Below, piece after piece: positions 57,001 through 64,000 of a DNA stretch of 64,000 nucleotides (position 1 is its first letter; each line of letters starts with the position of its first letter). The position numbers were made by a program, and so were the translations under genes. The notes below the pieces were generated by a model. That model worked only from the letters and a program-made list of their open reading frames with translations, ran no database searches and was not told the origin of the DNA. Source of the stretch: a bacterium (lineage in GTDB: Bacteria; Planctomycetota; Planctomycetia; Pirellulales; Pirellulaceae); contig JAUIGN010000007.1 in NCBI GenBank assembly GCA_030430075.1, positions 86,458 through 150,457 on the forward strand, read 5' to 3'.

Positions 57001-60000
57001 CGGCCCGCCAATCACGTTGCCGTACGATGCATGGACGAGGATACCGTGCGACCCGTTGCCCAGGCCGGCAGCGCCCGTTGGGTCGGTTCCGATGATGTTC
57101 TTCTGAATCGTGTGTTCACCACCCAGTCCCAGCAAGATTCCGCTGCCGCCGAAGCTGTGGATTGCCAGACCTCGCACGGTGCTACGTCTACCCGACAGCA
57201 GTGCCAAGCCAGTCGCTTGGTCACCAGCGTTGGCTCCATCGATCACGACAACAGACGCGCCGTCCTCGTCGGAAGCTGTCGTACCGTCGATCATGACCGC
57301 GTCCCGAATCAACGGCAGTTGCGACAAGGGTGAAATCGTGTGCGGCCCTGGATCCGCGAAATCAAAGACAATGACGTCCGCGCCATGCGGAGAATTTGGC
57401 AACGCGTTGGCTTCTTCGATGGCAGCTCGCAAGGTCGTTCGGCCATTCGCGTCTTCGGCCACGCCGTCGCCTGGGTTGACATCGCCGCCGTCGCCTGTTG
57501 AATCCACGACGAAGCCGTTCACGCGGATGTCGACTTGGAATGCCATTCTCCCGACTGCTCCGTCCTCATCGTGGACTTCCACGGTGAGCGTTACCGAACC
57601 AGGCGAAACGCCTTTCGAGGAAAGAGCGATCGCGCGACTGGTTCCTTCGCCGACCACCGCCAGGTTAGCGTCCGGGACAATCGATTGGTCGCTGCTCCGG
57701 ACAGAGACAACCAGGTCGTCGGCATCCGTCTCAAAGTCGCCGATTTGAAACTCCCATGAACCCGCCGACCAATCGATGATGACCTGATCGTCGATTTCGC
57801 TGGCCCAAGGAACCAGGTTTAATCGATCGGCGGGACGGGCCAGAATGACTTCGCGTTGATTTCCTTCATGAACGTGGGTAATTACTAACCGGTCGTCGCC
57901 CAGAGCGGTCACCGTCACATTGGCGGTTGGCGGAATCAGGTGGTGCTGCAGTAGTTGGAGTTCGAAGGCCCCCATGTCAACCGCGGTTCCGTGCCGTTCG
58001 TATCCGCGCTGGTCCGTGTCGGGCGCGTTGAAGACTTCATTGTCCTCCGCGTCGAGCACAACTTGCGTGCCGGCGTCAATGGCTGGACTGCCGGGAAGCA
58101 ATGCTCGGGTCGGCACGGGACCGCCGTTCGCTTGCAGCGGGCCGAGTTGCGGGTCAATGGTCGCTCCGGACACGCCGATCAGGTTGCCGTTGGCGTCCGG
58201 TGAACCCACGGGAGCGCCGACCAGTGACGAACCTGTGGCGTCACCGATCAAGGTGTGGTCGAGCACGGTCTCTAGCGAGAACGAATCGATGTCGGGCGCC
58301 CGATCGCCGGCCTCATTCAACGCCACGATGGAATTGTAAATGGTGGTCGGCGCGTTGGTGACCGAAAGCCCGCCCCCATCATTCCCTGCCTCGTTGTCCG
58401 CGATCGTTGCGTGGCGAAGGTCGGCGGTCGAATTCTGGACGTAAATTCCTCCCCCACTTCCAGACGCGCGATTGCCGGTGACGGTACTGTTGGTGACGTT
58501 CAGCTCAGAGCTGCCGTAGACTGAGATAGCGCCACCGTTCGAGAATGAGCTTCCTGAAGTGGTATTCCCGGAGAACGTCGAATTCACGATCCTGAGGCGG
58601 CTCGCTTCGCGGGCGTAGAGGGCCCCACCACCGGAAGAAAAGCCCGTCGCGGCATTACCCCTGGCAAGTACGGAATCCAAGGTGACGAGTCCAGCCGACT
58701 CGACATAGATCGCACCACCCCCACCCGGGAAACCGCCAGTCGTCGTGCGGCCGTTCTGCAATGTCAAATTGGAAATCGTCACGTCGTGGTTGGTCGCCGT
58801 TTCAGATCCGTCACTGAAGATTTTGAAGATGCGCGAGTCCTGTTGGGCATCGATGATCGTGTTGTGGGCTCCTCGACCGGCAATCGTGACAGCGTCGTTA
58901 ATCTGGAGTTCACCATCGGTCAGCGTGATGGGGAGGCCGTTGAGACTGCCGTCGAACGTGATCAGATCCGCGCCCGGTAGTTGATTCGCGTGCGTGACGG
59001 CGTTGCGCAGGGTTCCCACCGAAAAACCGTCCTCGGTGGTAAACACTTCCAGGAACGCCTGTTCAACGGCACCGATATCCGGTGTCATTCCCAACACACG
59101 CGGAGTCCCCAGTTGATCCGTCGTCAAGTTGCCCAAGAGCCCCGTGAGATCTGAATTCGCAGCATCCACAGCCACGCTGGTGGCAAGGAGGCCAAAATGT
59201 GGCAGGTTTGCTTCCGTCGCCAGGCTGGTCAGACCCGCGTCGACATCCAGAAGGTCGCTGGGCTGAAACTGGCTGCTTGCATCCGCACCGGCCGAATCAA
59301 CGAGCAAGTTGTGGCCATTGGAAACCACAAACCCGCTCAGGGAATCCGCCATGATCGTGTTTTGCAGTTCCAGGACATCACCCTGGACGTCGTCCATATA
59401 CACTCCGGCCGCCGCTGACGACGCATGATTTCCAGAGATCGTCACGTGAATTAACGCGACGCCTCCGAAGGTGCTGCGGTTCGTGATTGCCCCACCATTG
59501 CTCGCCGTGTTCTCGGTAAAGGTGGTATTGATGGCTCGGAGAAGGCCCCCCTGACCGTTGTTTCGAATGGCGCCACCCGAGCCCGACGCGGAATTGCCGG
59601 TGAAAGCAGTGTTAATCACGTTCACTGTCTTGAACACGCCGTTGTTATCGATCGCGCCGCCGTTGGCTGCACGACCGCCAGTGACGTGGCTGTTTTTGAC
59701 GGTCAAGTCGCCCACCGTACGGATGGCCCCGCCGCCGCCCAGCACCTCGCCGCCCATCAGCGTGACGCCATCCAGTACGAATTCAGCGTTTGCCGAGCGA
59801 ACATCGAAGGCGCGGTCACCCAGTGAGCTGGCGTCGATGATTGTCTTGCCTGCTCCGGCTCCCACAATCGAGATGTCGGCATGAATATCGAGGTCGCCGG
59901 TCTGCGAATGGTTCTCCATCGCGCCAGTGGCTGCCAGCTTGAACGTGCCTTCGCCCAGGACGATTCTGTGCGAACCACCGAGTCGATTCGCGTCGAGGAT

Positions 60001-63000
60001 GGCTCGGCGCAGGCTGCGCTGATTGATGTCATCTTCGTGAGTATTGACGAAGAGAATGTTGTTTTCGACCGCGCCGATGTCGTCGCCCGTTCCGATGTCG
60101 CGGGGTACTCCGCGCTGGTCATTGGAGTGCGACGACGCGCCGGTATCCATCAGCGGGCTTGACCGATGTGGTAAGTGGGTGCGCGTCGGTCCGCCATTGT
60201 CCGCCAGCGGGCCCAGCAGTGGATTCAGCACGTTGTCGGAGATATCGATCTGCTGGCCGGCGCCGGGAGAATCTCTGTTGACTTTGCCGTAGCGGTCGCT
60301 GTTCGCATCGAATCCGGCGTCCGTCGCCGCCACACCGATGAAGTTGTGCCCCTGACTCTGAAACACCCCGGCGACATCGTTGACTTCAAATTCATCCGCG
60401 TCGAGCTCATCAGCCGTGCCGGCTTCCGCATTGTTGGCGGCCACCACCGTGTTTCGCAATCCAACGATACCGGTGTCGTCGTTGTAGATTCCGCCGGTGA
60501 GGCCGGAGCCCGGTTCCGCGAATGTCTGCTCACCCGTCACGGTGATCCCTGCTTCGCCTCCCTTGGCCGCGTTGTTGAAGACCGTGTTGGAATTGAGCTG
60601 GATGCTACCCCCGCGATTGAAGATGGCACCACCGATGCCGGCTCCACCGCCACCGGGACCACCAACTTCTGCGTTGATTCCATCGGCTCCGCTGCCACCT
60701 TGGTCGCCTGCCGCACCTCCTAGACCGATAGGTCCTGGCTTGATGCAAAGGCAGTCAAGATCTTCGTAAACCTTGATGCCCGCGCTCGCGCCACCACCGC
60801 CGCCGCCGAATCCTCCATCCGCCCCGTCTTTCGCCGTAAGCTTGGGGTCGAGGATCAGATCTCTGTCACCAGACGCGCCACCACCACCTCCGCCAAATCC
60901 ACCTTCGTCACCGCTCTCAAACTCCGTCGCAAGACCAAGGGGCATGATGACCTCACCACCCTCTCCACCGCCAATTCCACCACCATTTCCTCCAGGATTC
61001 GCTGAAAGATCGAGCAACGGTTGAATGAGCTTGACATTGCTTGTATTTCCACCCCGCCCGCCCACCGCTTCGTTCGTGGAGAGCGTGCTGCTGATCACCC
61101 CCAGAACGCCCTCGTTGTAGACTCCGCCGCCCAGGCCGGCGCCTCCACCTCCGCCGCCAGCGCCATTGACGCCAATCGCGCCGTCGGAGCCCCGAGCCAC
61201 ATTGTTGGCCAGCAGGCTACCTTCGAGTGTCGCGCCGCCGAGATTGGCGATGGCCCCGCCCCACTGTGACTGATTGCCCTCGAACGTGCTGTCGGTCACC
61301 ACGGAGATGGCCCCTTCCGCGACGAACATGCCGCCACCTAACCTTCCGGCCCGATTACCGACCAGTCGCGTACGTGTCAGCAGGAGTTGGCCGGCATTGA
61401 GGATTCCACCACCATTTTCGGGAGTCATCCCGCCGCTAATGATCACGTCCGTCAGGTTGAGCGTCGCGTCGGCATGAACTTCGATGGCCCGGTCGTCCAA
61501 TCGCGAGGCATCGATGATCGAAGGCTCACCCGTTGTCGAGCCATTGATCGTGATCGCCTGCGACTTGACGTCCAGGTCTCGGTTGTTGGCTGAAGTGCTG
61601 GTGAGGAAATGCGTGCCCGGACCCAGCGTAATCGAATTGGTGCCGCCCTGAGCATTGAATAAACTCACCGCCTGCTGCAGCGTCAGGGAGCTACCATGAT
61701 TGTCCGGTGAGACCACCAACGTCTCAGCCACGAATTGCGTGGCACCGATGTCACGCGGACCGGGAATTTGAAAACCCCGTTGATCCTGATTCTGCGATCC
61801 GGCACCAATGGCCGGGCTGTCGGCATGCAAGACGTGCGTCTGTGTTGCCCCGCCGTTGTTCGCGAGTTCACGCAACCGCGGGTCGATCGGGTTGGCCGGT
61901 GTTCCATGAAGCGTGGATGATTGCCAGCCCGTCGTGACCGAGGTGGCACCGATCAGGTTGTACCCATCGTCCGTCAGGTCGTTACGATCCGCTAAGACCA
62001 GGTCTACGCCTTGGTTGTCCGCCACGATCGAGTTGTCCAGATGCACCGTTCCATCCGCGACGAAAATGCCGCCGTCGGAGAGTGTTGATTCGTTGTCTGT
62101 GATCGTGCTGGCAGTGATGGTGATCGATGCATTGTGATGACCAACATAAATGGCACCCCCTTCGTCATGAGCACCGTTTCCGGAGATCGTACTGCGAAGC
62201 AAGGCAACGGTGCCGGCACCTCCAACTGCAATCCCGCCGCCGGGCGGGCTGACCCTGGGGTCGGACTGGATTGCGGTGTTGCCACTGATGGTTGAATCGG
62301 TGACTTCGAATCGACTTTGCGTGACATAGAGTCCACCACCTTTCGAAGGCGGGCCTGTCGCCCGGACTTGGTTGTTGTGGACCGTCGTCCGAGTCGTGGA
62401 GCCGCCGCCCGATGCCCACACGCCTCCGCCCTGTGCGGCAGAGACGTTTCCCGTCACCTCGACGTCGATCAGGTCAAGCCTGCCCTTGGCGAAGATGCCG
62501 CCACCGTTCCCAGTCAACTCCATTCCGTTCTGAATCGTCAATCCTTCCAGCGTCAGGTGCGCACCATCATGGACCTCGAAGATGCGGCTGAGTTGCCCGG
62601 CATCAATGACCGTTTTCCCCACGCCCTGACCGATGATATGCAGGTCCCGATCGGTAATATCCAGATCGGCCGAATTGTCGTTTTCCGCGGTGGCGTCAGA
62701 CAGTCGATAGATGCCATCGTCCAGTTGAATGAAATTGGTTTCACGTGACGACGCGCCCCCTTCCAGGTCGTCTTTCGCATTCGCTTGGGCGATGGCGTTT
62801 CGCAAGCTGCGTCCGGATTCTCCCCGGGTATCCACGGTCAGATCGAACTCGAAACCTTCCCCAATCACGAACGGGTCCAAGGCGACAGTCTCGTTGATAA
62901 TGGGGAACGCGACGTTAACCAGGTCGACGGATGCCAACTCCGTGCTCAGAAACTGGGACTCGGGGATATGCACGATTGGGCCTGCATTGAATGGCAATTG

Positions 63001-64000
63001 CAGGAGATCCTTCAGCCAGAGCGGTGCGTCCGCGATGTCGAGAGAGAATTGCCCGGCAGTAAAACTGCCAGCCAGGTCGACATCAATATCGATGTCGTTG
63101 TGCAATTCGGCTTGGAATGTCCATTCAGGACGGACATGGATCGGACGCCCCACGAAATCGATTTCGACCGCTTCACCGGCAACGAAATCAAGGACGGATG
63201 TCGGACCAAAGGCGGTCCCGCCACGCGTTCCCGTGACCTGGTGGTCAAAACGGTAGGTCAAGCGGCTCGTGGGGGTCAAGGTGGCCGTTTGCATGACATT
63301 GAGTTCCGGGCTGATCTCGACGACGGCCGGGGTCACCGTGAGCGAGGCCGGCCCAACCGTGAAGGAGACGTCTTTCAGACCCAGGTTGAGATTCAGGTCT
63401 GCCAGATTGCTGCTGTCGCTGGCCGTGATCACACCACCGCCGCCCACGTTCCGCCCGTCGACGTTGACCGCGGGGACCTGCAACTCCATGGTGGCCAACT
63501 GCGCGCCGATCCCCAAATTCGGCACATTGCCCAGGTCGAACTTTTTCTTGACCGCCTTCGGGAGCACGTCGGACGGATCGATATCCGCCACCAGGTTTAC
63601 TTCGCCTTGGAGTCCGAGTTTGCCGGAGTCCAAGGGTTGCACGATCGCCTGCAATTCAAACGGGCTCGTGCCCAGGGGGACTTCCAATTGGACGCCCTCG
63701 GACGCGAGCACATTCTGGCCGAGAACACGCAGTTCTCGATCGTCATCTCGATTAAACGCCAGCAACTCGTGTTCGATGTCCAGGATGGTGCTCGACAGAT
63801 CCAGCGTGCCGCCCAAACCAAACAGCTTCCCCGTCAGTTCACCGGAAGTCGACGCTTTGGCCACCACGTCCGCGTAGGCACCGATGGTGGGCGACGTGGT
63901 GGAAAAGAAGCTGTCAGTACTTTCGTCGAAGCTGACCGACGTGGTGATGGAAACAGGGCCTGTGGTGCTGAGCGTCGTTGGCTGGTTGTAGTCCAGCGTG
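54007..64000 (-). CDS. Giant (>3,330 aa) extracellular right-handed beta-helix repeat protein with C-terminal dockerin-type repeats. It is partial, with the 5' end beyond the right window edge.
   Basis: Multiple PbH1/CASH-like modules are present (SLRNAIAQANA...LHIIGQGVGKTVIDAG...). About 20 tandem 46-aa GN.I.GN beta-helix repeats follow. Two dockerin/EF-hand-like repeats are present (DVNGNGVVEPMDALLVINALN, DTNGDRALSAHDALRVINRLN). The ORF-track start at 63867 is an internal GTG. The frame stays open to position 64000. Confidence 0.85.
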   Translation of the reverse strand, partial: TLDYNQPTTLSTTGPVSITTSVSFDESTDSFFSTTSPTIGAYADVVAKASTSGELTGKLFGLGGTLDLSSTILDIEHELLAFNRDDDRELRVLGQNVLASEGVQLEVPLGTSPFELQAIVQPLDSGKLGLQGEVNLVADIDPSDVLPKAVKKKFDLGNVPNLGIGAQLATMELQVPAVNVDGRNVGGGGVITASDSSNLADLNLNLGLKDVSFTVGPASLTVTPAVVEISPELNVMQTATLTPTSRLTYRFDHQVTGTRGGTAFGPTSVLDFVAGEAVEIDFVGRPIHVRPEWTFQAELHNDIDIDVDLAGSFTAGQFSLDIADAPLWLKDLLQLPFNAGPIVHIPESQFLSTELASVDLVNVAFPIINETVALDPFVIGEGFEFDLTVDTRGESGRSLRNAIAQANAKDDLEGGASSRETNFIQLDDGIYRLSDATAENDNSADLDITDRDLHIIGQGVGKTVIDAGQLSRIFEVHDGAHLTLEGLTIQNGMELTGNGGGIFAKGRLDLIDVEVTGNVSAAQGGGVWASGGGSTTRTTVHNNQVRATGPPSKGGGLYVTQSRFEVTDSTISGNTAIQSDPRVSPPGGGIAVGGAGTVALLRSTISGNGAHDEGGAIYVGHHNASITITASTITDNESTLSDGGIFVADGTVHLDNSIVADNQGVDLVLADRNDLTDDGYNLIGATSVTTGWQSSTLHGTPANPIDPRLRELANNGGATQTHVLHADSPAIGAGSQNQDQRGFQIPGPRDIGATQFVAETLVVSPDNHGSSLTLQQAVSLFNAQGGTNSITLGPGTHFLTSTSANNRDLDVKSQAITINGSTTGEPSIIDASRLDDRAIEVHADATLNLTDVIISGGMTPENGGGILNAGQLLLTRTRLVGNRAGRLGGGMFVAEGAISVVTDSTFEGNQSQWGGAIANLGGATLEGSLLANNVARGSDGAIGVNGAGGGGGGAGLGGGVYNEGVLGVISSTLSTNEAVGGRGGNTSNVKLIQPLLDLSANPGGNGGGIGGGEGGEVIMPLGLATEFESGDEGGFGGGGGGASGDRDLILDPKLTAKDGADGGFGGGGGGASAGIKVYEDLDCLCIKPGPIGLGGAAGDQGGSGADGINAEVGGPGGGGAGIGGAIFNRGGSIQLNSNTVFNNAAKGGEAGITVTGEQTFAEPGSGLTGGIYNDDTGIVGLRNTVVAANNAEAGTADELDADEFEVNDVAGVFQSQGHNFIGVAATDAGFDANSDRYGKVNRDSPGAGQQIDISDNVLNPLLGPLADNGGPTRTHLPHRSSPLMDTGASSHSNDQRGVPRDIGTGDDIGAVENNILFVNTHEDDINQRSLRRAILDANRLGGSHRIVLGEGTFKLAATGAMENHSQTGDLDIHADISIVGAGAGKTIIDASSLGDRAFDVRSANAEFVLDGVTLMGGEVLGGGGAIRTVGDLTVKNSHVTGGRAANGGAIDNNGVFKTVNVINTAFTGNSASGSGGAIRNNGQGGLLRAINTTFTENTASNGGAITNRSTFGGVALIHVTISGNHASSAAAGVYMDDVQGDVLELQNTIMADSLSGFVVSNGHNLLVDSAGADASSQFQPSDLLDVDAGLTSLATEANLPHFGLLATSVAVDAANSDLTGLLGNLTTDQLGTPRVLGMTPDIGAVEQAFLEVFTTEDGFSVGTLRNAVTHANQLPGADLITFDGSLNGLPITLTDGELQINDAVTIAGRGAHNTIIDAQQDSRIFKIFSDGSETATNHDVTISNLTLQNGRTTTGGFPGGGGAIYVESAGLVTLDSVLARGNAATGFSSGGGALYAREASRLRIVNSTFSGNTTSGSSFSNGGAISVYGSSELNVTNSTVTGNRASGSGGGIYVQNSTADLRHATIADNEAGNDGGGLSVTNAPTTIYNSIVALNEAGDRAPDIDSFSLETVLDHTLIGDATGSSLVGAPVGSPDANGNLIGVSGATIDPQLGPLQANGGPVPTRALLPGSPAIDAGTQVVLDAEDNEVFNAPDTDQRGYERHGTAVDMGAFELQLLQHHLIPPTANVTVTALGDDRLVITHVHEGNQREVILARPADRLNLVPWASEIDDQVIIDWSAGSWEFQIGDFETDADDLVVSVRSSDQSIVPDANLAVVGEGTSRAIALSSKGVSPGSVTLTVEVHDEDGAVGRMAFQVDIRVNGFVVDSTGDGGDVNPGDGVAEDANGRTTLRAAIEEANALPNSPHGADVIVFDFADPGPHTISPLSQLPLIRDAVMIDGTTASDEDGASVVVIDGANAGDQATGLALLSGRRSTVRGLAIHSFGGSGILLGLGGEHTIQKNIIGTDPTGAAGLGNGSHGILVHASYGNVIGGPSADAANVISGNGGHGIYVSRSGSAGNVIQGNVIGLGPDGTTRRGNTGVGVRIDQDASENTIGSGNVISANAAGGVTLVGAGTTGNSIVGNLIGTDATGLLARGNGANGISIDGAAGNTIGAVGGGNVISGNTIGGIFVTGATANGNVIQGNLVGLDVSGSTALSNRQTGINLFNAPHNTLGGTDDGAGNVVSGNRKSGIFISGPLASGNQVVGNFIGTDATGTTAVGNGSFGLVIREASNNTVGGMDAAAGNVISGNVATGLAILDETSTGNVVTSNLIGTDVTGTAAVGNGNTGVLIWKAPGNRIGGLTAGQRNVISGNASFGVRIASFLASGNVVQGNYIGTDITGTAPLPNVDSGLQLANAQNTIIGGTTRGATNVISANGNHGVVVAGAGAQGNRIEGNLIGLGMNGSHPLGNAGSGVRIGAGARENTIGGQSRTAGNVISANGADGVLLVGANTTANTVQGNLIGTDDQGTRPKDNEDLGNAKSGVAISNANANTIGGDFPGAGNVISDNGLFGVAITGPTASENRILGNIIGTDHSSTLDLGNTSTGVYISAPKNSVGGAGFEEGNLISGNDYGGVRVAGASASSNRVLGNLIGTQSDETSPLPNGQWGVWVDQASDTLIGGTSKGAANVIAHHARSGVTVTGSTAHGNRIQGNTMFSNAGLSIDLNADGTTANDAVANNQDMDDGPNELQNFPVLREARLQGTLEFVYEVPSLQAHSAYELTIDFYAADPSGREGRSHLGSDLYTLDTENKLKSVSLASAAVEAGDQIVATATDALGNTSEFSVPITVSSGASPAEFQDTSSVSPRHNLADPADVNGNGVVEPMDALLVINALNRSQSLTGVSADAGADSFFYDTNGDRALSAHDALRVINRLNAAAIEGEGEANRGAFGAVAGRDLTADHRGRLLADLQAAEDTAVVGRTAVEDCGETPTRPTPGNAAFADVAILQMDDVREPGDEVEDDLVTDILAAEKATPLAKAAMDAIFAEFFVD
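55000..57800. repeat. Coding tandem repeats (~138-bp units) for the parallel beta-helix coils of the giant protein
   Basis: Repetitive translation is seen in all frames. Many spurious ORFs arise on the + strand (55378..56049, 56507..56953, 57110..57748). Confidence 0.7.

Overview
This is a high-GC (~63-65%) bacterial chromosome segment with the gene content typical of Planctomycetes (Pirellula-like). That placement is an inference from: a DUF1501 + DUF1549/DUF1553 pair, tandem PQQ beta-propeller proteins, a giant (>3,300 aa) beta-helix/dockerin protein, and many Tat/Sec-secreted proteins. I call 39 protein-coding genes by recognising protein families directly in the six-frame translations. 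One is a left-edge partial gene absent from the ORF track, and one is a giant gene that runs off the right edge.

Many ORF-track starts are over-extended through Arg/Pro-rich high-GC leaders, or begin at an internal GTG. I re-placed those starts at an internal Met that is followed by a signal peptide or a conserved N-terminus. No rRNA, tRNA, CRISPR array or classical mobile element was recognised.

Candidates for a previously undescribed system, none confirmed:
- (a) A strongly expressed secreted protein built from ~12 tandem CGGACQKDGKGG repeats (Cys/Gly/Lys-rich, metallothionein-like), preceded by an unusually long leader that is atypical for this genome.
- (b) Two atypical LOG/SLOG-family proteins. 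One is fused to a probably inactive prepilin-peptidase-like membrane domain.
- (c) A MORC/HtpG/MutL-type GHKL ATPase that is translationally coupled to a DUF1611 + L-Ala-D/L-Glu epimerase pair. It sits directly downstream of an NfeD-flotillin operon, giving a six-gene co-directional block.
- (d) A uroporphyrinogen-III synthase / uroporphyrinogen decarboxylase (HemD-HemE) fusion.
- (e) Two families of conserved intergenic repeats: a ~46-nt core that always sits at the end of locus-specific tandem mini-arrays, and a 15-bp perfect palindrome TCATGC-N3-GCATGA.

Also present: a candidate non-phosphorylative L-fucose-type sugar-utilisation cluster, an ECF sigma/anti-sigma/PDZ operon, and a class-B radical SAM enzyme next to the giant adhesin-like protein.

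All family assignments rest on motif recognition by eye. No database search was run.
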